Source: Spirochaetia bacterium
GTDB lineage: Bacteria; Spirochaetota; Spirochaetia; DSM-16054; Sediminispirochaetaceae
Assembly: GCA_034520965.1 (NCBI GenBank)
Contig: JAXHMY010000002.1
Span: forward strand, 128,001-192,000
Direction: 5' to 3'
DNA length: 64,000 bases
This document shows, one piece after another, positions 8,380 through 18,104 of this stretch. A program made the translations under genes and the position numbers. Under the pieces are notes generated by a model that saw only the letters and a program-made list of their open reading frames with translations, was not told where the DNA came from and did not search any database. Positions within the stretch are counted from its first letter, which is position 1. Each line of letters begins with the position of its first letter.

Positions 8380-11031
8380 ATGGCTGACGAGTCTCCGATG
8401 ATGAGGCAGTATAAGAGGATTAAATCGCAGAACAGCGATGCGATCCTCTTTTTTCGCCTTGGCGATTTTTACGAAATGTTTAACCGGGATGCAAAAGAGG
8501 TCTCCCATCTGCTTAACCTCACCCTTACAAAGCGTAACGGGATTCCCATGTGCGGAATCCCGTATCATGCCGCTAACTCATACATTCCCCGTTTGCTGCG
8601 GGCGGGCAAAAAGATTGCCATTTGCGAGCAGACCACCTTGCCGGAAAAGGGCAAGGGAATTGTCGAGCGTGAAGTGGTGGAAATTGTGACTCCCGGCACC
8701 ATTACCGAAGAGGATTATCTCGACCAGCACAAGAATAACTACCTAGTTTCAATTGGCTCTTTCAAACAGGGCATTGCCCTCTGTTATATCGATATTTCTA
8801 CCGGGGAGTGCGGGGTCCGCGATTTTCCCTTTCAGCCTAACGACGAACTATTGCGGGAAGAGTTAAGCCGCTTGGATCCGACGGAAGTACTTTTGCAAGA
8901 ATCGCTGCTTGAACAACGGGAGGCTTTGGCCCGGTTTTTTGACGGTAAATCTCACATCGTCCTGAACCGTTATCCCGACTGGACCTACGATTCGGCCGGC
9001 TCATACGAACATCTGCTGCGTTTTTTCGGAGTACATAACCTCAAGGGCTTTGGATTCGAAGAAAATGATCCGGTTCTCAGTGCCTGCGGAGTGCTGTTTG
9101 AATACATTGAGGAGAATGCAAAACATGCAGCCGCCCACATACGCAGTATACGCCGTATACAGTCACAGGCATATGTAGGCTTAGACGAAGCGACCCAAAA
9201 GAATCTGGAGCTGGTTTCAAATATGACCGACCGTCGCCGCAGTTACACCCTTCTAGAAGTAATCGATCACACACGGACCGCAATGGGCGCAAGAACCCTG
9301 CGCAGCCGCTTACTGCATCCGCTTCGGGACATCTCCGTCCTGGAGCAGCGCCTGAACCACGTAGAGCTGTTTTATAAAGACCAGATGACCCTTTCGCAGC
9401 TGCGCAGCCGGTTGGCCGGTGTAAGAGACATTGAGCGGCTCACCTCGCGAATTGCCCTAGACAAGGCCCATGGGAAAGATCTTTTGGCAATTCAACACTC
9501 CCTTGCACAGGTTCGCGAACTCTCAACTCTGCTTCCTCCTCAGGCAGCCCTCGAAACACTCGATACGGAGCCCATTGACTACAGCCGAATAGATGCACTC
9601 ATTGATCTGCTTGCACATGCAGTTCATGAAGACCCATCGATCTATTTAACCGAAGGACGCTTGATTCGGGCCGGGTACAGCTCCGAGCTTGATGGGCTGC
9701 GCGAGTTAAAACAGAACAGCAGCCGGGTGTTGAGTGAGTATCTCGAGAGTGAACGACAGAACTCGGGCATTCAAAACTTGAAAATCAAATACAATAAAAT
9801 AATTGGCCATTTTCTGGAAGTCACCAAGTCCAACCTTGAACGGGTTCCGGAACACTTTATTCGACGACAGTCCCTGGTGGGCAGTGAACGCTTTACGACA
9901 AACCGCCTAAATGAATTGGAGGAGAGCCTGAATAACGCTGCCGAACAGATAGTCGAGCTTGAAAAAAAGCTGTTTCTTGCCCTTCGAAGTCAGGTTCGTG
10001 AATACATAGAGCAGCTTCTTTCGCTATCTAAGAGTGTAGGTGCCCTTGACTGCCTGCAGAGCCTTGCCTATGCAGCCACGGTACACGGCTGGCGAAAACC
10101 GACCCTCCATGAAGGTGCTGAAATCAATATAACCGAGGGGAGGCATCCGGTGGTTGAGTACCATGATGCTCCGGGTTCTTTCATTCCTAATTCCATGAAA
10201 TTGCACTCAGGCGGCCAAAGTTTTGCGCTCATCACCGGACCGAACATGTCCGGTAAATCCACCTTTCTGCGGCAAACGGCCCTCATTGTGCTGCTTGGCC
10301 AAATTGGATCTTTTGTACCGGCAGAAGAGGCGAGTATCGGGCTGGTAGATAGGATATTCTGCCGAGTTGGCGCCTCGGATAACCTTGCCCGGGGAGAATC
10401 AACTTTTCTGGTAGAAATGAATGAGACCGCCTATATTCTGAACTCGGCAACAGTGCATAGTCTGGTAATCATGGATGAAGTTGGACGAGGAACCAGCACC
10501 CATGACGGACTGTCAATTGCCTGGGCTGTGAGCGAATTTCTACTACAACAGCACGCTAAAACCCTGTTTGCCACCCATTACCATGAGTTAACCGCCCTCA
10601 AAAGTGAATCTATTCAAAATCTGTATCTAGAGGTAAAAGAGGATCAAGGGGAGATTGTGTTTCTTAAGAAAGTCCGGCCGGGGAATGCAGGCCACTCCTA
10701 CGGCTTGCACGTGGCGAAACTGGCGGGCCTTCCGGAATCCGTATTGGATAGGGCCGCCGATATCCTGGGGTCCCTCGGAGAACTGGAGAACACCCTGCCG
10801 GCCCTGCAATCACCCGCTGAGCCTTCTGCCAAACAAACCGGCTCAAGAACCGGTTCAGCCCTCCCTGGTACTACTCCTACGGCCGGCAGGAATAGATCAC
10901 AGCAATCATCACTCTTTGATGTGTCGGAGATGCTCATGGCGGAGATCCGCCAAGTTGACATCAACGCGACCCCTCCAATCGAAGCGCTAAATAAAATTGC
11001 CCGTTGGAAGTCGGAACTTGAAGCAGAATAG
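8380..11031 (+). CDS. mutS: DNA mismatch repair protein MutS
   Basis: SPMMRQY, FFRLGDFYEMF, GPNMSGKST, GESTFLVEM, DEVGRGTST, FATHYHEL. Confidence 0.98.
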   Translation: MADESPMMRQYKRIKSQNSDAILFFRLGDFYEMFNRDAKEVSHLLNLTLTKRNGIPMCGIPYHAANSYIPRLLRAGKKIAICEQTTLPEKGKGIVEREVVEIVTPGTITEEDYLDQHKNNYLVSIGSFKQGIALCYIDISTGECGVRDFPFQPNDELLREELSRLDPTEVLLQESLLEQREALARFFDGKSHIVLNRYPDWTYDSAGSYEHLLRFFGVHNLKGFGFEENDPVLSACGVLFEYIEENAKHAAAHIRSIRRIQSQAYVGLDEATQKNLELVSNMTDRRRSYTLLEVIDHTRTAMGARTLRSRLLHPLRDISVLEQRLNHVELFYKDQMTLSQLRSRLAGVRDIERLTSRIALDKAHGKDLLAIQHSLAQVRELSTLLPPQAALETLDTEPIDYSRIDALIDLLAHAVHEDPSIYLTEGRLIRAGYSSELDGLRELKQNSSRVLSEYLESERQNSGIQNLKIKYNKIIGHFLEVTKSNLERVPEHFIRRQSLVGSERFTTNRLNELEESLNNAAEQIVELEKKLFLALRSQVREYIEQLLSLSKSVGALDCLQSLAYAATVHGWRKPTLHEGAEINITEGRHPVVEYHDAPGSFIPNSMKLHSGGQSFALITGPNMSGKSTFLRQTALIVLLGQIGSFVPAEEASIGLVDRIFCRVGASDNLARGESTFLVEMNETAYILNSATVHSLVIMDEVGRGTSTHDGLSIAWAVSEFLLQQHAKTLFATHYHELTALKSESIQNLYLEVKEDQGEIVFLKKVRPGNAGHSYGLHVAKLAGLPESVLDRAADILGSLGELENTLPALQSPAEPSAKQTGSRTGSALPGTTPTAGRNRSQQSSLFDVSEMLMAEIRQVDINATPPIEALNKIARWKSELEAE

Positions 11032-11035
11032 CCTA

Positions 11036-11066
11036 GTTTCCCCTCTTATAGGAAAGAGGGGGAAAC
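11036..11066 (+). terminator. hairpin after mutS that overlaps the comF ribosome-binding region
   Basis: GTTTCCCCTCTT-ATAGGA-AAGAGGGGGAAAC, a 12-bp stem with one bulged G; no U-tract. Confidence 0.5.
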
Positions 11067-11067
11067 C

Positions 11068-11784
11068 GTGAATTGCTTGTTCAATTTTTTACTTCCCGTT
11101 TATCCGCTGCGCTGCAGCCTGTGTGGCGAGCCGCTTTTGCAGCAGCCCTGTTTGAAAATGGGCATCTGCAGCCGCTGCGTAGGTTTTCTGCGAAAAGAAT
11201 CAATAAGGGGTGCCGACATCTGCAGTACCTGCGGAATGCCTCTTATCTCGGAAAGAGACAACTGCCTTAACTGCCGCACAAAGCAGCACTATTACAGTTC
11301 ACACCGGTCGCTTTTTATGTATCAAGGCTGGGCACGCAGTGTGCTGAAAGCGTACAAGTTTCAATCAATATCCTCGCTGTCGCTTCTTTGGGCACAGCTC
11401 CTGTTCGAGGCAATTCAACAGGAGTTTTCCCAGCCGCCCCTCATCGTGCCGGTACCTTCCCGGGGGAGATCTGTTCGTACCCGCGGTTGGGACCAGATGG
11501 AGTTGATTCGCAGGGATCTCAGTCGGAGATATTGCCTGATCACTGCTAAAATACTCAGCCGTACCGGCGGTTCTTCTCAAAAAAAGTTGAATTATACCCA
11601 GCGAATGCTGAACCTCTCCGGTCACATAAGCTGCACTTGTACCGCGACAGAACTTCCACAGAAAATTCTTCTAATCGACGATGTGTATACTACAGGTGCA
11701 ACAATAGATGAGTGTTCCAGGGTACTTCAACAGGTGGGAGCAACAGAGATTTATGCCCTTACCCTGGCGATAACCCCGTATTGA
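11068..11784 (+). CDS. comF: ComF family protein (double Zn ribbon + PRTase fold)
   Basis: Four CxxC pairs, VPVP, RGWDQ, ILLIDDVYTTGATI. Confidence 0.9.
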   Translation: MNCLFNFLLPVYPLRCSLCGEPLLQQPCLKMGICSRCVGFLRKESIRGADICSTCGMPLISERDNCLNCRTKQHYYSSHRSLFMYQGWARSVLKAYKFQSISSLSLLWAQLLFEAIQQEFSQPPLIVPVPSRGRSVRTRGWDQMELIRRDLSRRYCLITAKILSRTGGSSQKKLNYTQRMLNLSGHISCTCTATELPQKILLIDDVYTTGATIDECSRVLQQVGATEIYALTLAITPY

Positions 11785-11799
11785 AAAGTACTGGTTGTA

Positions 11800-11828
11800 T
11801 TGACTATTTACACAAGCGATGGTACATT
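11800..11828 (+). promoter_or_regulatory. sigma-70 promoter of the rimP-nusA-infB operon
   Basis: TTGACT-N17-TACATT with TG at the extended -10 position. Confidence 0.7.
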
Positions 11829-11856
11829 AATTGTAACAGTAGAACGGTACGGAGGT

Positions 11857-11886
11857 AAAAAGGAGTCGTTTCAGGACTCCTTTTTT
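11857..11886 (+). promoter_or_regulatory. rimP-leader terminator/attenuator hairpin
   Basis: AAAAAGGAGTC-GTTTCAG-GACTCCTTTTTT between the promoter and the rimP ATG. Confidence 0.75.
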
Positions 11887-11894
11887 ATGATATA

Positions 11895-12362
11895 ATGGAA
11901 TGGAAGGTTGATGAGAGCGAATTGTATGTGGAGCTTGAGCCTGTAATCCGGGGTCTGGGTTATTCAGTTGTTGAATTATCCCGTCAAGCAACCAAAGGTC
12001 GCTTACAGATACGAGTAGTTATTTATCACTACAATGGTATAGGACTCTCCGATTGTGAATTGGTGCATAAAACCATTCAACCAAGAATAGAACTTATAGA
12101 AGAGTCGGAAGATGTATATCTTGAGGTAACTTCTCCGGGGGTAACCCGAAAGATCAAGAATGGAACCGAATTTCCAATATTTATTGACCGCCCGGTCAGA
12201 ATTTTGATGCAGGATGCTGATGATTGGCTAAGCGGAACAATACACGGTGGGAATGAACAGGAAGTACAACTTCTTACAAAGCAAGGAGAAATTGCCGTCT
12301 CCCTGCCGGATATAAAAAAAGCCAAGTTGGCATTTTCGCAGGAGGATAAAAAAACAAAATGA
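11895..12362 (+). CDS. rimP: ribosome maturation factor RimP
   Basis: GIGLSDCE and YLEVTSPGVTR motifs; first gene before nusA. Confidence 0.93.
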   Translation: MEWKVDESELYVELEPVIRGLGYSVVELSRQATKGRLQIRVVIYHYNGIGLSDCELVHKTIQPRIELIEESEDVYLEVTSPGVTRKIKNGTEFPIFIDRPVRILMQDADDWLSGTIHGGNEQEVQLLTKQGEIAVSLPDIKKAKLAFSQEDKKTK

Positions 12363-13945
12363 CGTCAGGATTAGCCGATGCAATTCGCGGATTGGTACAG
12401 GATCGCGGAATTCCGGAAGACCTTGTGCGCAAAACCATAGAGGACTTTCTATTCGCCGCATATAAAAAGAAATTTGGTACCAGTGAGAATGCAGTGGTAC
12501 GCTTTAGTGATGACGGGTCGGAAGTTGCAATTTTTGCACAGAAAGAGATTGTGGAAGAAGTAGAAGATCCGGTATCAGAAATTGAACTGGATGAGGCCTT
12601 AGAATATAACGATGAATGTGAAGTCGGTGATGAACTTCTGATTGAAATTAACCCTCAAAGTTTTGACCGTATTGCTGTACAAAGTGCAAAGCAAAAGGCA
12701 AAACAGACCCTGCGGGAAATCCAAAAGGATACCCTTTACTCCGAATATAAGGAGAAAGAGGGGGAGATGATCATCGGTTATTATCAGCGCGAGCGGAACG
12801 GTAATATCTTTGTCGATCTTGGCAAAGTAGAAGGCATTATGCCCAAACGTTACCAATCGCCCCGTGAGGTATATCGACCGAATGATCGCATTAAGGCAAT
12901 GATTTATGAGGTAAATAAATCCAATACCGGACTTCAAATTGTACTATCGCGTACCCATGCGGAGTTTGTGAAACGAATTTTCGAGCTTGAAGTACCGGAA
13001 GTATACGATAAGACTGTTGAAATATTCAAAATAGTTCGCGAGCCCGGCTACAGAACCAAGCTGGCGGTCTACTCAAACCGTGATGACATTGACCCGGTAG
13101 GAGCCTGTGTCGGAATGAAGGGTGTACGAATACAGTCCATTGTCCGGGAGCTCGAAGGGGAGAAAATCGATATTCTGAAATTCGAAACAAATCCCCGGTT
13201 GTTTATAAAAAATGCACTTTCACCTGCGGAAGTTGAAAATGTATATATTTTAGACGAGTCAAAGCGGCAAGCCCTGGCAGTAGTCAAGGACAGCCAGCTT
13301 TCCCTGGCTATCGGCAAGCAGGGCTTAAACGTTCGCCTGGCAAACCGCCTGGTGGACTGGAATATCGATGTAAAAACTGAAGATCAGTTTGCAGAACTCG
13401 ATATTGCCGGACAGAACAAGCAGGAACTAAATGCCCTGTTCACAGATATAGAAACAGAAGAGGAGATTACCACGATTTCAGAACTCCCGGGTATCTCTGA
13501 AAGGCTGTCGGAACTTCTGTACGCAAACGGCATTGAACTAATAGAGTCATTAGTTCAGTTAGATCCGGAAGATCTTGCAAAATTAGAGGGTATAACTAGC
13601 CAGGATGTAGAGACTATCCAGTCGATCATTTCTGAAAATCTTGATATAATCGAAGAACCAAGTTCAGAAGAGGACTTAGAAGAAGAATATGAAGAGGAGG
13701 GCGAAGCAGCTCCTGAAGAAGCGGAAGAGTTCGAAGAAGAACCAACTGCGGAACAAGAGGAAGTTGCCGAAGAAGCGCCTGTTGAAGAGGAAGCAGTTGA
13801 CACAGAGCCTGCTGACGAGTATGAAGAGGAAGAGGTGTATGAGTGTCCGGAATGCGGGCATGCAATCACAACAGATATGACCTCTTGCCCAAATTGCGGT
13901 GTCGGTTTAAGCTTTGAAGTCGAAGAGGAAGTAGAAGAAGAATAG
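12359..13945 (+). CDS. nusA: transcription termination factor NusA with an acidic tail and C-terminal Zn ribbon
   Basis: FDRIAVQSAKQ, LSRTH, REPGYRTK, DPVGACVG, LSLAIGKQGLNVRLA. Confidence 0.98.
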   Translation: MTSGLADAIRGLVQDRGIPEDLVRKTIEDFLFAAYKKKFGTSENAVVRFSDDGSEVAIFAQKEIVEEVEDPVSEIELDEALEYNDECEVGDELLIEINPQSFDRIAVQSAKQKAKQTLREIQKDTLYSEYKEKEGEMIIGYYQRERNGNIFVDLGKVEGIMPKRYQSPREVYRPNDRIKAMIYEVNKSNTGLQIVLSRTHAEFVKRIFELEVPEVYDKTVEIFKIVREPGYRTKLAVYSNRDDIDPVGACVGMKGVRIQSIVRELEGEKIDILKFETNPRLFIKNALSPAEVENVYILDESKRQALAVVKDSQLSLAIGKQGLNVRLANRLVDWNIDVKTEDQFAELDIAGQNKQELNALFTDIETEEEITTISELPGISERLSELLYANGIELIESLVQLDPEDLAKLEGITSQDVETIQSIISENLDIIEEPSSEEDLEEEYEEEGEAAPEEAEEFEEEPTAEQEEVAEEAPVEEEAVDTEPADEYEEEEVYECPECGHAITTDMTSCPNCGVGLSFEVEEEVEEE

Positions 13946-13964
13946 GAGATTTAGAAGGAAATTT

Positions 13965-16829
13965 ATGGCAGAGGAACAGGAAAAAAAACAAGACAAACCA
14001 AAAGCGACTCTTATTAAGCATAAAAAGACTCCCGCAGCGCAGTCTTCGAAAGGAAAATCTGAAGGAAAGTCCGAAGATAAATCAGAAGGAAAATCTGAAG
14101 GTAAATCTGAAAAAAAGAAAGTTGTAGTAGTTCGCAAAAAGAAAAAAACGCCTGCTACAGACGACACGAAGACAGTAAAAGCCCATAAAGAGCGCGAGGA
14201 GCGTAAAGCAAAATCGGCAGAACGCTCTCAGCCCGAGTCCAAGGAAGAACAAAGCACTCCCTCTGCCCCAAGTGCGTCAGGAGAAAAAGAAACCCCTGTT
14301 CGAAAAGGATCTCCTAAGCCCGCCCCAGTAAGGGGAGAAAGAGTTAACTTCGAAAACTATAACCGTCCCAGCCGTCCAAAACGCAGTCCGGAAGCGGCTG
14401 CCGAAGGTGGTACTGCTGCGGCGTCGGATACACAGCGCCAAACCCGCGCTCAAGACAGCACCGCAGCACCTAAGAGCGGTGCCCCGGCTCAACAGGGCTC
14501 AGCCCAAAAACCAGGCACCGGTGGTACTCAACGTCCTGGTGATCGTCGAGATCAGCAGGGAGCCGGACAGCGACCGGAAGCAAGACAGGATCGAGGACCA
14601 CGTCCTGCGGACCGTTCTGCCGAAAATCGCCAGGCACCGGGCGGAAGGCCTCAGCAGCAGGGTGGTCGTCCCGCACCAGGTGGGAGACCTCAGCAGAGTG
14701 GCCGTCCGGCACCAGGTGGGAGACCCGCTCCAGGGGGGAGACCCCAACAGGGTGGTGGCCGTCCGGCACCAGGCGGGAGACCCCAGCAGGGTGGCCGTCC
14801 CGCTCCGGGTGGGAGACCACAGCAGGGGGGACGTCCGGCACCAGGCGGGAGACCCTCACCAGGCGGACGTCCAGCACCAGGCGGACGTGGTAAACCGGGC
14901 GAGTCAGCGCCTCCAGGCCCTAATGATGTAGATCAGAGCAAGACCCACGCGGCTAAGAAGTTCTATAAATCGAAAAAGAAGCAGGATTACCGCGCAAAGA
15001 AAGAGAAAACACGGGAAAAAGAGTTTCAGATGAAGCGGAAACCCGAGTATCAGAAACGGGCGAATCCGGTTCCAAAAGAAATAGATATCATGGAAGTAAT
15101 TACGGTTTCGGAACTGGCCAAGAAAATGAACTTAAAGGCCTCCGAACTGATTGGAAAACTCATGAGCATGGGGATGATGGTTACCATTAACCAGCAGATC
15201 GATGCAGATACGGCCGAACTGATAGCCGAAGAATACAGCTGTAAGGTGAACATTGTTTCACTGTACGATGAAACAATTATTGAAACTGAAAAAGATAAAG
15301 AAACAGAGCTCAAACCAAGACCGCCAATTGTCACGGTAATGGGACATGTCGACCATGGTAAAACTAAGTTGCTCGATGCAATCCGGGAAACGGATGTGGT
15401 TGCCGGCGAACACGGTGGAATTACACAGCACATTGGTGCGTATAAGGTAAGACCTAAGAACGGCAGCAGCGATATTGTTTTTCTTGATACACCAGGTCAC
15501 GAAGCCTTTACCTTGATGCGCGCACGAGGTGCACAGGTTACCGACATTGTTATTCTAATAGTTGCAGCCAACGACGGAGTTATGCCGCAAACTGTAGAAG
15601 CGGTAAACCACGCCAAAGAGGCGGGAGTTCCAATTATTGTAGCTGTGAATAAAATTGACCTGCCCGAGGCAAACCCCGATAGGGTAAAACAGCAGCTGGC
15701 GGAGTACGACCTCCTGCCGGAAGATTGGGGCGGTACTACCTTATTTAATGAGATATCAGCACTGAACCATATAGGCATAGAAGAGCTGCTGGAAACCCTT
15801 GCCCTGCAGGCGGAGATTCTTGAGCTAAAAGCCAATTATGACTGCCGTGCCGAAGGTAAGGTAATAGAATCTCAGGTGGACCACGGCCGTGGTATTGTCT
15901 CCACGGTGATTATTGAAAGAGGAACCCTGCATGTGGGAGACACTTTCGTAGCCGGAGTTTTCCCAGGAAAAGTACGGGCTATGTTCGATGACAAAGGAAA
16001 CAAACTCGAAAGCGCCACACCGGCCACACCGGTCGAGATACTCGGTTTTACCGGTATTCCCGACGCTGGGTCTCCCTTTCAGGTAACCGAAAGCGAGCGG
16101 CAAGCCCGTCAGGTTGGTGCGAAGCGCCAGGAACTTGAAAAACAGGGTGAAGCCCAAAACGTCAAGAAAGTAACTCTTGATACCTTGTATGATTCAATAC
16201 AAGAGGGTGAAATCCAGGAACTTAAGGTAGTTATCAAGGGAGATGTCCACGGCTCGGTAGAAGCCCTGCAGACTGCACTGGAAAAACTTTCAACGAAAGA
16301 AATTAAGTTGCGGGTAATTCACGCTTCCGCCGGCGCAATCATCGAAAACGATGTACATTTGGCCTCAGCATCTAATGCAATTATTGTCGGCTTTCACGTC
16401 AGACCGACTCCCAAGGCCCTGGAACTTGCAGAGCAGGAAAAAATTGATATCCGTAAATACAACGTCATATATGATGCGGTGGACGATATCAAAAAAGCTA
16501 TGGAAGGCATGCTGGCACCGGACATCAAGGAAGAAGTTATCGGTAACGTTGAAGTTCGAGATACCTTTAAGGTACCGAAAGCCGGTATGATTGGCGGTTG
16601 TTATGTAACAGGCGGCAAGGTGAAGCGAAACTCTATGGTTCATATTATCCGCGATGGAGTTCAAATATACACGGGCAAGGTTTCCTCGCTTAAACGTTTC
16701 AAGGAAGACACCCGTGAAGTTGAAGCCGGATACGAATGCGGTGTCGGAATTGAAAACTTTAACGATTTGAAGGTCGGTGATCAATTCGAGGTGTATGAAA
16801 CTAAGGAAATCGCAAAGACCCTTGAATAG
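13965..16829 (+). CDS. infB: translation initiation factor IF-2
   Basis: RPPIVTVMGHVDHGKT, GGITQHIGAY, DTPGHEAFTLMRARGA, SLKRFKED. Confidence 0.98.
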   Translation: MAEEQEKKQDKPKATLIKHKKTPAAQSSKGKSEGKSEDKSEGKSEGKSEKKKVVVVRKKKKTPATDDTKTVKAHKEREERKAKSAERSQPESKEEQSTPSAPSASGEKETPVRKGSPKPAPVRGERVNFENYNRPSRPKRSPEAAAEGGTAAASDTQRQTRAQDSTAAPKSGAPAQQGSAQKPGTGGTQRPGDRRDQQGAGQRPEARQDRGPRPADRSAENRQAPGGRPQQQGGRPAPGGRPQQSGRPAPGGRPAPGGRPQQGGGRPAPGGRPQQGGRPAPGGRPQQGGRPAPGGRPSPGGRPAPGGRGKPGESAPPGPNDVDQSKTHAAKKFYKSKKKQDYRAKKEKTREKEFQMKRKPEYQKRANPVPKEIDIMEVITVSELAKKMNLKASELIGKLMSMGMMVTINQQIDADTAELIAEEYSCKVNIVSLYDETIIETEKDKETELKPRPPIVTVMGHVDHGKTKLLDAIRETDVVAGEHGGITQHIGAYKVRPKNGSSDIVFLDTPGHEAFTLMRARGAQVTDIVILIVAANDGVMPQTVEAVNHAKEAGVPIIVAVNKIDLPEANPDRVKQQLAEYDLLPEDWGGTTLFNEISALNHIGIEELLETLALQAEILELKANYDCRAEGKVIESQVDHGRGIVSTVIIERGTLHVGDTFVAGVFPGKVRAMFDDKGNKLESATPATPVEILGFTGIPDAGSPFQVTESERQARQVGAKRQELEKQGEAQNVKKVTLDTLYDSIQEGEIQELKVVIKGDVHGSVEALQTALEKLSTKEIKLRVIHASAGAIIENDVHLASASNAIIVGFHVRPTPKALELAEQEKIDIRKYNVIYDAVDDIKKAMEGMLAPDIKEEVIGNVEVRDTFKVPKAGMIGGCYVTGGKVKRNSMVHIIRDGVQIYTGKVSSLKRFKEDTREVEAGYECGVGIENFNDLKVGDQFEVYETKEIAKTLE
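14631..14900 (+). repeat. GC-rich coding repeat (about 13 GGRP-type units) in the IF-2 N-terminus
   Basis: Repeated APGGRP/QQGGRP peptides encoded by variants of GCACCAGGYGGGAGACC. Confidence 0.9.
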
Positions 16830-16875
16830 AACCGAAGAAAAATCTGACTGTTAAAACAGTCCGGAGTAGACAAAT

Positions 16876-17223
16876 ATGTCCGATATAAAAACACGCAAAG
16901 TAGCGGCGAGAATCCGCGAAGAAATAGGTACACTAATAGTCCGGGGGATCATTAAGGACCCCCGGGTTACCGCTGAATTATCGGTAACCGAAGTAGATGT
17001 GGCAAAAGATACAAGTACTGCAAAAGTTTATATTTCAAGTTTTGGAACAGAACGGAATCTAACTGCCGGCGTGGAGGCTCTTAACCACGCCGCCGGTTTT
17101 ATCCAGTCCAGGCTTGCAAAAACACTTCATACGAGAAACACCCCTAGGCTGCGCTTTTTTGATGATCATTCTATCGAATACGGTACTGATATGATTCAAA
17201 AGCTAAAGGAACTCGATTCTTGA
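16876..17223 (+). CDS. rbfA: ribosome-binding factor A
   Basis: IKDPRV, AKVYIS, ALNHAAGFIQ, RNTPRLRFFDD. Confidence 0.95.
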   Translation: MSDIKTRKVAARIREEIGTLIVRGIIKDPRVTAELSVTEVDVAKDTSTAKVYISSFGTERNLTAGVEALNHAAGFIQSRLAKTLHTRNTPRLRFFDDHSIEYGTDMIQKLKELDS

Positions 17224-18104
17224 ATTCAAAGCAGTCAGGCTTAATTTTTCTAAATAAGCCTACCGGTATTACCTCTTTCCAAGCACTGAACGCAATTAAG
17301 AAGAGCTTAGGTCATGGTAAAATTGGACACACCGGCACGCTTGATAAGTTTGCCGAGGGTTTGCTGATTGTTTTAGCCGGTAAGAACACCCGTTTGGTCC
17401 CCTATTTTGAGGGGCTGGACAAAACTTACCTGGCGGATATTCGCTTTGGAGCTACTACAGAAACCCTGGATACTGAAAGCCCCGAGATTGAACAGACAAT
17501 TGTACCGAATATTACACATATAGAAGCTCGGTTGAAAGATTTTCATGGCGAGCAGGAGCAGATACCTCCCCAGTATTCTGCGGTGCATGTAGATGGAAAA
17601 CGTGCATATCAGAGGACTCTTCAAGGAGAACACGTAGAGATTCCGTCGCGAAACATTAATTTTTACAGCATTGAAGTTTTGAGCTGGTCAGAACCGGTCT
17701 TATCTGTGCGGATTCACTGCTCAAAGGGCACCTATATACGCGCCTTCGCCCGAGATCTTGGAATAGCCTGCGGATCAAAAGCGTATCTTGAAGGCCTTCA
17801 AAGGACAAGGATCGGCCATTTTGATGTGAACAATGCGGTCGACCCGGAGGAATTTAAGCCTGAACAGCACCTGCAGTCGGCAACTCCGGCACTTCTTCAA
17901 CTTCCCGGAATAACTGAAATTATGATGGAGGAACAGTGGGTACCAAAAGTTTTGAATGGTAACCCAATTCAGCCGGAGTGGCTCGATATTCACGAGGTTC
18001 CCGATGGGCTCTATGCTCTGGTAAGCAGCCGGGGCGAGCTTTGTGCATTAACAGAGTTAAGCGACAATAAGTGGAAGTATCGCTATGTTGCAGAGAGGAA
18101 CTGA
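17220..18104 (+). CDS. truB: tRNA pseudouridine(55) synthase
   Basis: KIGHTGTLDKFAEG, QIPPQYSAVHVDGKRAY, CSKGTYIRA. Confidence 0.96.
   Translation: MNSKQSGLIFLNKPTGITSFQALNAIKKSLGHGKIGHTGTLDKFAEGLLIVLAGKNTRLVPYFEGLDKTYLADIRFGATTETLDTESPEIEQTIVPNITHIEARLKDFHGEQEQIPPQYSAVHVDGKRAYQRTLQGEHVEIPSRNINFYSIEVLSWSEPVLSVRIHCSKGTYIRAFARDLGIACGSKAYLEGLQRTRIGHFDVNNAVDPEEFKPEQHLQSATPALLQLPGITEIMMEEQWVPKVLNGNPIQPEWLDIHEVPDGLYALVSSRGELCALTELSDNKWKYRYVAERN

Noticed and set aside
14631..14900. Repeat array resembling a CRISPR or VNTR
   Set aside because: In-frame coding repeat in infB with synonymous variation, no unique spacers and no cas genes
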